Source: Thraustochytrium aureum
Lineage: Eukaryota
DNA: 64,000 bases
NCBI GenBank assembly: GCA_012862495.1
Contig: BLSG01000385.1
Coordinates: 11,574-75,573 of the forward strand
Reading direction: 5' to 3'
Shown here: positions 11,227-21,579 of the stretch, in pieces
Layout: each line of letters opens with the position of its first letter
Position numbering within the stretch: position 1 is the stretch's first letter
Position numbers and translations under genes: made by a program
Notes under the pieces: generated by a model
What the model saw: only the letters and a program-made list of their open reading frames with translations
Databases searched by the model: none
Told to the model about the DNA's origin: nothing

Positions 11227-12513
11227 GTCGGCTCAGAATTGGGATTTACTTTCAGGCTTGGAGGTGGATCCGGCAAACAATCGGAGCACTGCGTCGGTGA
11301 TCCCTGGCAAGAGGTCCGGAAAGATGAACGCCCCAAAGAAGGCCATCAACTCCGCTGAGTTATGCTTTCTGCGTTTCGCTAGCCGTCCGGAAACGTTGGT
11401 TTGTCCAGGAAAGGGCTTCTTTCGCAGCGGCATCAATGCGTGCAGTCCGTTGCAAACTCCTTCGCCTTCGCGGCTAGCAAGATCATCGCGGTACCACGTT
11501 GCTCTCCGACGCGGCAGCGTGCAGCAGACACATCCTGGAGGCCGTGGGCTGGCCTAATAGACGATTATTCGTCTGGTTGCCGGCAGTGCTCCCATTCCAA
11601 TCTGCCGAGGAGGCGAGCTGGCAAAGGGGCCCAAGCGGCTGCCTTGCTCACAGCAGGTATACCGCAGGCTGGGCGCGGCGCCTCTTGCTGATCGGGCACT
11701 TGTTGCTGATGGATGAGCGCACGTGGAAAATTTCCCGCGCGTCTTGCAACACCCTTCGCTTCCTCGGCGCCGGCCGGTCCTCCGCCGCTCGCGCGCATTT
11801 CGCGCAGTATCTATAGGTAGCGAACCGGTAGGTAAGGGTAGGCTCGAACGTGGATCACCAAACACGCGCTCAGGGACCTCAACTTCCTTCCATCATGATC
11901 ATCTCGTTCCACACTGGCAGATTCATTTTTTTGCGAAAGGACATTTTTGAGTTTCAGCCGGCAGATCACCGGCAGAGATCATGGGCGACAGTGATGGGCC
12001 TGATGACTCGGAGTGCAGAGGAGGCTCTCTGCAGGTCGATCGCGCCGTTGATTGAACGGAATGGATCGTCGCCTGTCGGTCACGTTGGCGGTGTGGACTC
12101 GTCACGGAGGATCGATCTTTTTTGTCACAAGGAGTAATTCGGCTGGTATCTTTTTGATTTCTCCCTTGCGTTCAGGATGCCGGTGTGAATGTTTGTTGAC
12201 AAGTGTGAGTGTGTGCACGCACGTGCGGTCGCGCACCTGCCAGTGCCTTGGTTCTCGCGGAGGTTCGAGTTCGTCAAAAAAGATCCAATCCTTCCACTCC
12301 TTCCACTTTTCTGGTAACTCGCTCCGTGGTTAGCACTTGGTTCGCGCACGCCCACCGCGATCGATGCCAGATCACCGCTGCAGATCCGCAATCCGAACGC
12401 GCGCTGGCAGCACTTGAAGTAGAGCGATCGACCGCGACCACCACAGACGCGCACGCCCTTTTGAGATCAACCACCGCAGACGCGCAGGCACTCGAGGCGA
12501 CACGACCGGCAAC

Positions 12514-13461
12514 ATGGGCAAGTACGACGGCGAGTTGTGCCATGCGATGACAAAGACCGGCTCCTACTGCTCGAACGCAAGCCAGAGGTCCAAGAACATC
12601 TCCACGTCAAAGTTCTGCGGGCTACACTTTGGCGGCGTGTCTGCCCCTGACTACAGCGATGAGCAGTGTAAGGCTGTCACTCAGGCCGGCAAGCCCTGCA
12701 CGGCAGCGAGCGAGAGGTCCCGTGGCATCTCCTCATCGCAGTACTGCGGCCGTCATTTCGGTGGAACCACCATCACCGGCAACAACTGCAAGGCCACGCC
12801 GAAAAAAATTGGCCGTGGATTGAAAAAAGTGGTCGGCGCCAACCCTCACATCGAGCAAGGGGAGAACCCCCTGCTTGCGCCTGCGCCAGCGCCCGCCTCA
12901 ACGCCGCCCTCTGTGAAGAGGGAGTTCGGTCGAGGTGTATGCGCGGTCCGGCAAGGCGCCGGGCCAGTCAGCCCGCAGATCATGTTTCAGAACACCCAGC
13001 AAATCGATCCATCGACCGTCAACGTCTTCGTGCGGGTGCAAACTTCGGCCCCCAGCGCCAACAAGTTGACGAACGCTGAATTGCAGCATTTTCCCGAATG
13101 GCACCGAGCCGATCGCTTTCGCGGCGCCGAGTTCGCGCAAGGAGCCTATGGGCAAACGTCAGCGCTCACACTCGACGACATGACATGCGCGGTCGCCTCG
13201 CACGACAACAACGAGCGGTGCAAACGGCCAAACGGGTACGCGTTGGCTCTCGCCAGGACGCGCCTGTGCAGCACGCACCACGAAAACCTCAAGGACCCGG
13301 ACTGGTTTGGCGGTAACGCTGCAGTTTGCATGGCCATCTCTGCGAGGTCCGGCGAGCGGTGCCAGGCCCGCAACGCTCGCGCCGACGGAACAGGCACCTC
13401 GTACTTTTGCGCAACCCACCGCGTTTTGACGACCGTCGAAGAGTTGCAACAGTCTCGTTGA
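12514..13461 (+). CDS. Hypothetical protein with four C-x9/10-C-x15-C-x2-H zinc-finger-like repeats
   Basis: CHAMTKTGSYC...FCGLH; CKAVTQAGKPC...YCGRH; CAVASHDNNERC...LCSTH; CMAISARSGERC...FCATH. Intact ATG-to-stop ORF of 315 aa. Confidence 0.8.
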   Translation: MGKYDGELCHAMTKTGSYCSNASQRSKNISTSKFCGLHFGGVSAPDYSDEQCKAVTQAGKPCTAASERSRGISSSQYCGRHFGGTTITGNNCKATPKKIGRGLKKVVGANPHIEQGENPLLAPAPAPASTPPSVKREFGRGVCAVRQGAGPVSPQIMFQNTQQIDPSTVNVFVRVQTSAPSANKLTNAELQHFPEWHRADRFRGAEFAQGAYGQTSALTLDDMTCAVASHDNNERCKRPNGYALALARTRLCSTHHENLKDPDWFGGNAAVCMAISARSGERCQARNARADGTGTSYFCATHRVLTTVEELQQSR

Positions 13462-14268
13462 TTTGACGAAGAAAGCCTAGTCTTCCGACTTTCCATTCCT
13501 GGCCGTGCCATGGTTGGTACTCTCTACCCGGACGCTGCGCGCTAGCTCCAGCTACTCTCTAGCTCTAGCTAGCTCGAGGGAGAGCCAGGTGCCTTGCCTG
13601 CCCCCGCGCGGCAGGCAGCCTGGCTCCGGGAGCGGCCATCGTCAAAGAGTACAAACGCTCTCNNNNNNNNNNNNNNNNNNNNNNNNNNNNNNNNNNNNNN
13701 NNNNNNNNNNNNNNNNNNNNNNNNNNNNNNNNNNNNNNNNNNNNNNNNNNNNNNNNNNNNNNNNNNNNNNNNNNNNNNNNNNNNNNNNNNNNNNNNNNNN
13801 NNNNNNNNNNNNNNNNNNNNNNNNNNNNNNNNNNNNNNNNNNNNNNNNNNNNNNNNNNNNNNNNNNNNNNNNNNNNNNNNNNNNNNNNNNNNNNNNNNNN
13901 NNNNNNNNNNNNNNNNNNNNNNNNNNNNNNNNNNNNNNNNNNNNNNNNNNNNNNNNNNNNNNNNNNNNNNNNNNNNNNNNNNNNNNNNNNNNNNNNNNNN
14001 NNNNNNNNNNNNNNNNNNNNNNNNNNNNNNNNNNNNNNNNNNNNNNNNNNNNNNNNNNNNNNNNNNNNNNNNNNNNNNNNNNNNNNNNNNNNNNNNNNNN
14101 NNNNNNNNNNNNNNNNNNNNNNNNNNNNNNNNNNNNNNNNNNNNNNNNNNNNNNNNNNNNNNNNNNNNNNNNNNNNNNNNNNNNNNNNNNNNNNNNNNNN
14201 NNNNNNNNNNNNNNNNNNNNNNNNNNNNNNNNNNNNNNNNNNNNNNNNNNNNNNNNNNNNNNNNNNNN

Positions 14269-14479
14269 GGAAGCGGAGCTCGTGCGCCGCAACGCAGCAC
14301 GGATGGTAATGACGATCGCCATCACGACAATCGACTACATGCTCATGCTTATAGCGATGACGTTCAACGCCGGGTACTTTGTAGCGGTGATGCTCGCCTT
14401 TGGCCTCGGCCAGCTCCTCTTTGGCCACCGGTTCCAAAACGACGCCCGCGTGGCCAGCGAGGCCGCAAGCTCGTGCTGA
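14269..14479 (+). CDS. Ctr-family copper transporter, C-terminal part (5' part in gap)
   Basis: DYMLMLIAMTFNAGYFVAVMLAFGLGQLLF contains the MxxxM motif of TM2 followed by TM3 of Ctr transporters. Confidence 0.85.
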
Positions 14480-14633
14480 AATCACAGAGGCGTTTTCTAT
14501 TTTCTTCGAAAAATCGCCGCGATTGGCTGTGCCTCGCATTTTTCTGGTTTGTCGGTCGTTGGTCATTGAGTCCCGAGCCCCAGAGCCCCAGGCACGCGCA
14601 GCACATTTGAGCCTGCAGCATGCGCCGGTGCAG

Positions 14634-16118
14634 CTAGTTGTCGCTCTCAAACTGCGGATCCCACGTGCCCCAAGTCGAGAATTCGCAGGCCTCCCCGGGC
14701 GCGCGCCGCCTCGCAGCAACGGGGCGCGTTCGAACAATCTTGAGTTTGCGCGGCTGGCGGCGCGGCGTGTCCTCGTGGCGGGACGCGGGCCGCGACGAGG
14801 AGGCCTCGCCCTGGCCCACTGCGCTCGCAGCGGCTGGGTCGCCACCGCTCTCAGCGTCGTAGATGGCGCTCCAGGGCCCACAGCCAACATGGTTCTTCGC
14901 GCGCACGCGAAACTGGTACGACTTTGACACCTTGAGGTCACGGACGACGCGATTGCAAACGGAGGCCTCGTAGTCGTTTCCCACGTCCGACTCAACCCAC
15001 CGCATGCGACGCCCTCTCTCGCGCCATTCGAGGACATACTTGTCCCCAGAGCTGGCCGCGCTCGACCAGGGCTCCCAGTGCACCTCTATGCAGAGCAAAT
15101 TCGGCTTGGGAGTCACGCGCGATATTGTTGGACGGCCAGGCACGGACCCCATCGTTGAGGCCGTACAGGTCGCCCCGAAGGGGCTCCACTCGCCGGTTTG
15201 CGCGTTCAGCGCGCGCGCTCGGAACTTGAACGAAGTTCCAGGCCGGAGGTTGTGCTTTTGGCAAGTGGTGCGAGACAAGCTGTTGCTAGCGACGTGCCAC
15301 TCGCGCTCCTCCGCCTCCTTGAACTGCAGCTCGTAGACGGATACCTGGGCCGCTGTCACACCGGCGGGGGGGTCCCAAGAGACCGTTATAGAAGTAGAGC
15401 TGTTTTCCATCATTCGCATGCCTTGCGGCGCCTGCAGCGGGCCCGGCCCTGCTGCGCGCCGGGGCGCTTCGCTCGTCGAGCTTCCTGCAGCGGCCGACCC
15501 GCCGCTCGGCGCGCTCTTTTTGCGGCCGCGCTCCTTGAACTTTGTTGAAAAGCTCGACGGGCCGCGTGCGCTGCTGTCCGAGGACTTGAGATTCTTTCCG
15601 CTCTGGAAGCGCTCAAAGGCGCTCTGAATGCAGTGAAATAGCTCTGTTGTCCCCTCGCTCTTGTCTGGGTGAAATCGGAGCGCGAGCTTGCGGTAAGCCT
15701 TTTTGGCGTCGGCTTGGCTCGCGGTCTCCGGCACGCACAGGGCCTCGTAAGCATTGTTGCTCAGGCTCTGCAACAGCGGTCCGAGGCGCTGCGACAGAAC
15801 TTCGATGGCGCTCTGCGCCGCCCGCTCGCTCGTCTTCGCGCCCGCCTCTTCTCTNNNNNNNNNNNNNNNNNNNNNNNNNNNNNNNNNNNNNNNNNNNNNN
15901 NNNNNNNNNNNNNNNNNNNNNNNNNNNNNNNNNNNNNNNNNNNNNNNNNNNNNNNNNNNNNNNNNNNNNNNNNNNNNNNNNNNNNNNNNNNNNNNNNNNN
16001 NNNNNNNNNNNNNNNNNNNNNNNNNNNNNNNNNNNNNNNNNNNNNNNNNNNNNNNNNGCTGGCCCTGGTTGGCCAGCGTGCGCGAGCTGTTAAGCGCCTC
16101 TGCGACGGAGGACGCCAT
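14634..16118 (-). CDS. J-domain (DnaJ) protein with two fibronectin type III domains
   Basis: AYEAL...KKAYRKLALRFHPDK J-domain; FN3 signatures ITVSWDPP...NLRPGTSFKFRARALN...WSP and LKVSKSYQFRVRAKNHVGCGPWS. Includes a gap. Confidence 0.85.
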   Translation of the reverse strand: MASSVAEALNSSRTLANQGQXXXXXXXXXXXXXXXXXXXXXXXXXXXXXXXXXXXXXXXXXXXXXXXXXXXXXXXXXXXXXXXXXXXXREEAGAKTSERAAQSAIEVLSQRLGPLLQSLSNNAYEALCVPETASQADAKKAYRKLALRFHPDKSEGTTELFHCIQSAFERFQSGKNLKSSDSSARGPSSFSTKFKERGRKKSAPSGGSAAAGSSTSEAPRRAAGPGPLQAPQGMRMMENSSTSITVSWDPPAGVTAAQVSVYELQFKEAEEREWHVASNSLSRTTCQKHNLRPGTSFKFRARALNAQTGEWSPFGATCTASTMGSVPGRPTISRVTPKPNLLCIEVHWEPWSSAASSGDKYVLEWRERGRRMRWVESDVGNDYEASVCNRVVRDLKVSKSYQFRVRAKNHVGCGPWSAIYDAESGGDPAAASAVGQGEASSSRPASRHEDTPRRQPRKLKIVRTRPVAARRRAPGEACEFSTWGTWDPQFESDN

Positions 16119-16599
16119 CGCGAGGCCTGGCCGAGGCGGGGCCCGAGCCTCGCGAGCCGCCAATAATACCCCCAAAGCCTGGCCCCGCTCAACTCGAGGC
16201 TCTAGAACGGGGTCGCTCTCTTTCGCTGTCCTTGCTGTCCTCAGCCCGCGCAGCCGAGCGAGCGGTGCGCTGGCGCGATTGCTCTTGGCGCAATTCCGCC
16301 TCGCTGACTGTTGTGGGTTGACGTTCGAACGGATAGAAACCGTCGGTCAGAGGACGTGCGGGCCCGCTCGTCTTCCGCTCTGCTCTGCGCAGGCGCAATT
16401 GCAGGCCGGCCCGGCGCCGCACGGCGGGCGGACAAGCGGCGGGGAAAGTCGTGGCAAGAATAGGCCTTGTGTGGCTTTTTTTTTGGTTTTGTTTGCCAAT
16501 CAGGAAAAATTTGGCTCGGGTGGGCTTGGGCGCCGACTGCGCTTTCGCCAATACTGGTTTCCTCTACATCTGACTCCGATCGTCTACGCCGTTCTGAAA

Positions 16600-17499
16600 T
16601 CAGCAGGCGCGCCACATGAGCCACACGATGAAGCCGTCAGCCCCGGACGACCCCATCGGCGGATCAAAGACGCCGCTCGAGGCCCAGCGCTCGCGGACCT
16701 CTGCGGAGGCGTCTGGGGCGTAGAGCTCGCTACGAAGAACGCCAAAGCCGTGCCGCGCGAAAAAGTCAACCGAGTCGCGCTCCGTGACGACAACAAGTAC
16801 GGGGAGACGGAGAAGCGTAGCCTCCTCGACGATGCGCGTCAACATTGCGGAGCCGACGCCTTTGCACTGGTGCGAGTCGCGCACAAACATGTTGTCCACG
16901 CAATAATAATCGGAGCTCGGGGCCACCGCGGCGCGGAGCGTGACGAGCCATTCTTCAAACTGGTAAGAGCGGGAGAAAGCGCTGGCGCCGAGGCGAGCGA
17001 ACGTGGAGAGCCCGCCCGCGTTGACAATGTCCATGACGCCGGGCTGCGGCGACTTTACAGCGTAGACGCACGCAAAGCATGTGGCAAGCGGCAGGCGCGA
17101 GTTGCCGCGGCGATCCCTGGCGTCCACGAAAAACCGAGCGCGGCCGCGACTGGTGGCCACTATTGCGTGGACGTGGAAGAGGTCTGCCAAAATGGCCCTT
17201 CGCCACTTGCTGGAGCCCCGGTAGAGGAACCGGTACATGGCGTGCTCTGAGAACAGCTGCGCAAACGCCTTGGCCAGCTCGCTCACGAGTGCCTCTGGGA
17301 GTCGTCGCCGCGCTGGGCAGCGCTCTGAAAGAGGGTCGCTCGTCTCGTCGTCGCGCAAGCTGACCAGCAGGTCAGCGGTTGCAAGCCTGTCCTGCCACGC
17401 GCGGTGCGCGCGCTTCGCCAACAGATACGCCGCCGCCGCTGCCACCGCAAGGGTGGCCATCCGTCCAGGCCTGAGTGGCTGTTTGGTCCGTGTTGCCAT
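16600..17499 (-). CDS. GNAT-family acetyltransferase with N-terminal hydrophobic anchor
   Basis: Motif A VDNMFVRDSHQCKGVGSAML and SVDFFARHGF. Start uncertain; a possible GTGAGT donor lies near 17963. Confidence 0.75.
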   Translation of the reverse strand: MATRTKQPLRPGRMATLAVAAAAAYLLAKRAHRAWQDRLATADLLVSLRDDETSDPLSERCPARRRLPEALVSELAKAFAQLFSEHAMYRFLYRGSSKWRRAILADLFHVHAIVATSRGRARFFVDARDRRGNSRLPLATCFACVYAVKSPQPGVMDIVNAGGLSTFARLGASAFSRSYQFEEWLVTLRAAVAPSSDYYCVDNMFVRDSHQCKGVGSAMLTRIVEEATLLRLPVLVVVTERDSVDFFARHGFGVLRSELYAPDASAEVRERWASSGVFDPPMGSSGADGFIVWLMWRAC

Positions 17500-18200
17500 T
17501 CCGTCCGTGCCAAGCAAAGGACACTCGAGTGTCGGCCCCGGCTCTACCGGCCACTGCACGCGCAGCCCGAGCGCCGGCAACCCGTCCGTGGGTGGGCCTG
17601 CGGCACTCCTCCAGTCCGCCGCACGGGGTCCCGTCGCTGCAGGTCTGGGAGGCGGCGCTCGCGTTTCGTAGTGGTCTCGTCGGCCTTTGCTTGCCGACGC
17701 ACCGGACCGCCTCAAAGCCCCCTTCTTTCCTCGACGAGTTGTCGCAGCAGTCGCAGCAGTGCCAGCCAGACGGCCGAGTGCGAGCGCGAGAGGGCGAGCC
17801 CCTGCTGCAACGCGCGCGCCGCCAGAAGAGGCGGCCCCCAGCGGAGGCGCCGCCCGCCAAGTGGTTGAGAGGACCGCTTGCCGGCTTCCGGGGCAGTGGG
17901 ACGCCCAAGTGCGAACGGCCTGACGGCGCCGTTGACGGGCCGCGAGCCGAAGCACTCACTCACTCGCTCGCTCAGAGCTCAACTAGCTGAGAGCGAGTTA
18001 TCGCGAGTAGGGTAGAGAGCGGGCTGGCTGAGCAGCTGGCTGCACGGCTGGCGGCGCGGCTGGCCGCGCGCTGCGGCGCACTCGTGAAGGCGGCCGACGG
18101 CGAACGGGCTGCTTCGTTCTGGTACTATCTAGTAGCTAGCTGTAGAGAGATAGGAGCCCTGCTCGCGGGCCGCGGCAGCGACTGCGCGGCGCGCAAGCTG

Positions 18201-19128
18201 CTATTTGCGCACGATCACATAGGTGCTGTCGTCTACCTTGCGGAACTTTGCGTTTGACAGCAGGATTTTGCGCACCGACGACTTCCACACCGGGCTCTTG
18301 CGCACGTCCGACTCGGGCTTCCAGTTGAGCGAACCGTTGTACTTGCTCTGGATTTTGTGGCAGATCTCCTTGAAGGAGCCTCGCTCGCCCGGAATAGCAG
18401 CCAGCGCCTCGGTGATCATCTCGGAGTACGTCAAGCTCATCTTTGGCGGGTCCCCGTCCACACCCCCATCACCGTGGACGTACTCGTCCGGGTCCTCTGC
18501 GCGCTTGAGGGACGCTCGCGAGCCTGGTCGGCTAGACCCGGCCGAGTCTGTGGTGCCAAACTTGTCCTTCTCGCGGTCCCTTCTGGCCTCCCGCTCGCGC
18601 TCCACCTCCTTGTCCGCCTCGATTTGGGCGCGGCAGTCTTCACAATACCACTCGCGCCCCTTGACCGAGTTAGGCTCGATGCCGACGCAGCCTACATGGA
18701 ACCACTCGATCTTGCAGTTGTCGTTGTCGCAGCCGATCATCTCCCCGAATGATGGCCGGTTGCAGATGCAGTACAGGGTCTGTCCTGGCGCCTCCTCCTC
18801 GTCAGAGGCGGCGTCGTTGCGCGCGGACCGCGTCCCGTACCGCTTGGTCGCGCGCGCCCGCTTGCTCGTTGGGTCGTCAGGGTACTCGTTGATGTACTTG
18901 ACGAAGTTGCCAACGACCTCGTCCTCTTTCACGTCAAGTTCTCCGTTAAAGTGCCGCGCCACGACGCGCGCCATGTCAGCAGTGCTCGAGTCATTCGCGC
19001 ACTGCAGCTTGAACCGCGCGATGTACCTTCGCAGCGTGCCGGCGTCGCAGCACCGAAAGTCGGCCGCCACGTGTTTTGGGTACCTGTCCAGCTCCCTGGA
19101 GAGCACGTCGCTCTTCCGTTTCCCGTGT
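18201..19128 (-). CDS. SAP30 Sin3-binding-like domain, ING-type PHD finger and winged-helix (H15/HARE-HTH-like) protein; 5' end in gap
   Basis: ADFRCCDAGTLRRYIARFKL...VARHFN...VKEDEVVGNFV; YCICNRPSFGEMIGCDNDNCKIEWFHVGCVG...WYCEDC; TYSEMITEAL...GSFKEICHKI...WKSSVRKILLSNAKF. Confidence 0.85.
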
Positions 19129-19998
19129 NNNNNNNNNNNNNNNNNNNNNNNNNNNNNNNNNNNNNNNNNNNNNNNNNNNNNNNNNNNNNNNNNNNNNNNN
19201 NNNNNNNNNNNNNNNNNNNNNNNNNNNNNNNNNNNNNNNNNNNNNNNNNNNNNNNNNNNNNNNNNNNNNNNNNNNNNNNNNNNNNNNNNNNNNNNNNNNN
19301 NNNNNNNNNNNNNNNNNNNNNNNNNNNNNNNNNNNNNNNNNNNNNNNNNNNNNNNNNNNNNNNNNNNNNNNNNNNNNNNNNNNNNNNNNNNNNNNNNNNN
19401 NNNNNNNNNNNNNNNNNNNNNNNNNNNNNNNNNNNNNNNNNNNNNNNNNNNNNNNNNNNNNNNNNNNNNNNNNNNNNNNNNNNNNNNNNNNNNNNNNNNN
19501 NNNNNNNNNNNNNNNNNNNNNNNNNNNNNNNNNNNNNNNNNNNNNNNNNNNNNNNNNNNNNNNNNNNNNNNNNNNNNNNNNNNNNNNNNNNNNNNNNNNN
19601 NNNNNNNNNNNNNNNNNNNNNNNNNNNNNNNNNNNNNNNNNNNNNNNNNNNNNNNNNNNNNNNNNNNNNNNNNNNNNNNNNNNNNNNNNNNNNNNNNNNN
19701 NNNNNNNNNNNNNNNNNNNNNNNNNNNNNNNNNNNNNNNNNNNNNNNNNNNNNNNNNNNNNNNNNNNNNNNNNNNNNNNNNNNNNNNNNNNNNNNNNNNN
19801 NNNNNNNNNNNNNNNNNNNNNNNNNNNNNNNNNNNNNNNNNNNNNNNNNNNNNNNNNNNNNNNNNNNNNNNNNNNNNNNNNNNNNNNNNNNNNNNNNNNN
19901 NNNNNNNNNNNNNNNNNNNNNNNNNNNNNNNNNNNNNNNNNNNNNNNNNNNNNNNNNNNNNNNNNNNNNNNNNNNNNNNNNNNNNNNNNNNNNNNNNN

Positions 19999-21579
19999 TT
20001 TCAGGAGAACGAGCCAGGCCTCTCCACAGACAACGGGCTCGTATTTTTGACTGCCCTGGGACAACGGTTCGCTCGACATGTAACTGATTTGGAGAGCGAG
20101 GGAGGGAAACGAGTGACGGATCTCTCGACACTGCACGACTCCGACGCAGCTGTTGAGGCGACAAAGCGAGCGGTGCACGACGAGGCCGTGGACATCGTGT
20201 TGGAGGGCACCTTCGTCGCGGACGGCGTGCTCATCCGCGCCGACGTGCTGCGCCGAACCCCGTGCAAGAAGCGCTGGGACCTCATCGAAATCAAGTCCTC
20301 GCAAGAGCTGAAGCCAGAGCACTTGCTGGACGTGGGGATCCAGCTTGAGGTGATTGAGCGCTCGGACGCGGGCGTCAAGATCAGCAGCTGCACACTAGCG
20401 CACATAAACCGCGACTTTGTCTTCGACGGCAGCTCGTACGACGGCATAGTGGTCAACGTCGACATCACCGACAAAGTGATCAGGGGTGTCCTGCAGAGTG
20501 ATGTGACCTTTGCGCGCGAGACGCTCGCGCGCCCGAGCCCGCCGGACGTCCCGGTCGGGCCGCAGTGCACCAAGCCCTTTCAGTGCGAATTCAAGCACGT
20601 CTGCACGCGGACAGGCGCGGAGGTCCCCGTGTCTATCCTGCCAGTCGTGGGAAAGCGCATCGCCGCGCACTGGGCAACGAAGGGGATACACGACTTGCGG
20701 GACGTGCCTCGGTCGAGCTTGACTCACAAGAACCACCTGGCGCGTATCTGGGACTGCCACAAGTACGACCAGGACTACCGCAGCCCTGAAGTGGCGGAGC
20801 TGATGGCTGCTCTGCCATGGCCGAGGTTCTTTATGGACTTTGAAATGGTGCAGCAAGGCGTGCCTCTCGTGCCGCACTCGAAGCCCCGCGAGAGCTTGCC
20901 CTTCCAGTGGTCCGTGCACCAGTGGGACTCGTTTGACCAGGCCCTGACGCTCGACGACGCCTCGTCCTTCCTCGGGTTTGACGAGCCGGACCTCCTCATT
21001 CGATTTACAGAGTCGCTCCTGGACGTGCTAGGATCGGAGGGCCCAATCTTTGTGCACAGCGTTGGAGCGGAGAGGTCGATTCTGCGCAGACTCATGGACA
21101 GGCCCGAGTGCGCCCACCTAGCGCCGCAGATCGACGCCGTGATCGACCGCCTCGTCGACACGCACAAGCTGGCGCTCGCGCACTTCTACTCGCCAAAGAT
21201 GATGGGCTCTTTCTCCTTAAAGAAGATCGCAGAGTCCATCCCCACCTCCGTCGACTACTCCGCTTGCGCAGCAGGCACGCACTCTGATAGCGCCGGGGCC
21301 AGCGCCGGCCCCGCGGAGGGCGGCGAATCAGATCCTGACACGGCGGCCAACGAGCTCGTCAGAAGCGGAATGGACGCGCAGGTCGCCTGGTTTCGCGCCA
21401 CCGAGCCGGGCGCCACTGCAGCAGAGCGCCGGAAGATTGGCGACGCGCTCTTGCAGTACTGCGCCAAGGACACGCTGGCCATGGTCGACTTTGTGCGGTA
21501 CCTCCAAACCCCGATCACCACCAAGCCCCCCACCGCTATCCCTGCAGAGCACGAGCAACTAGCACCAACACAGCCTTGA
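19999..21579 (+). CDS. Bacterial-type Cas4/RecB-like PD-(D/E)XK nuclease, HhH and DUF2779 (RNase H/DnaQ-fold) protein; 5' end in gap
   Basis: IRADVL...WDLIEIKSS...DVGIQ nuclease core; CTKPFQCEFKHVC Cys cluster; LPVVGKR HhH-like segment; PRFFMDFE...LPFQWSVH...GPIFVH...RLVDT...SFSLKKI...LLQYCAKDTLAM. Confidence 0.85.
   Translation, partial: FQENEPGLSTDNGLVFLTALGQRFARHVTDLESEGGKRVTDLSTLHDSDAAVEATKRAVHDEAVDIVLEGTFVADGVLIRADVLRRTPCKKRWDLIEIKSSQELKPEHLLDVGIQLEVIERSDAGVKISSCTLAHINRDFVFDGSSYDGIVVNVDITDKVIRGVLQSDVTFARETLARPSPPDVPVGPQCTKPFQCEFKHVCTRTGAEVPVSILPVVGKRIAAHWATKGIHDLRDVPRSSLTHKNHLARIWDCHKYDQDYRSPEVAELMAALPWPRFFMDFEMVQQGVPLVPHSKPRESLPFQWSVHQWDSFDQALTLDDASSFLGFDEPDLLIRFTESLLDVLGSEGPIFVHSVGAERSILRRLMDRPECAHLAPQIDAVIDRLVDTHKLALAHFYSPKMMGSFSLKKIAESIPTSVDYSACAAGTHSDSAGASAGPAEGGESDPDTAANELVRSGMDAQVAWFRATEPGATAAERRKIGDALLQYCAKDTLAMVDFVRYLQTPITTKPPTAIPAEHEQLAPTQP

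Noticed and set aside
18223..21579. 1118-aa ORF and other very long ORFs spanning N runs (e.g. 44980-51477, 49957-54378)
   Set aside because: Artefacts of reading through gaps; they fuse antisense frames of one gene to a different gene.
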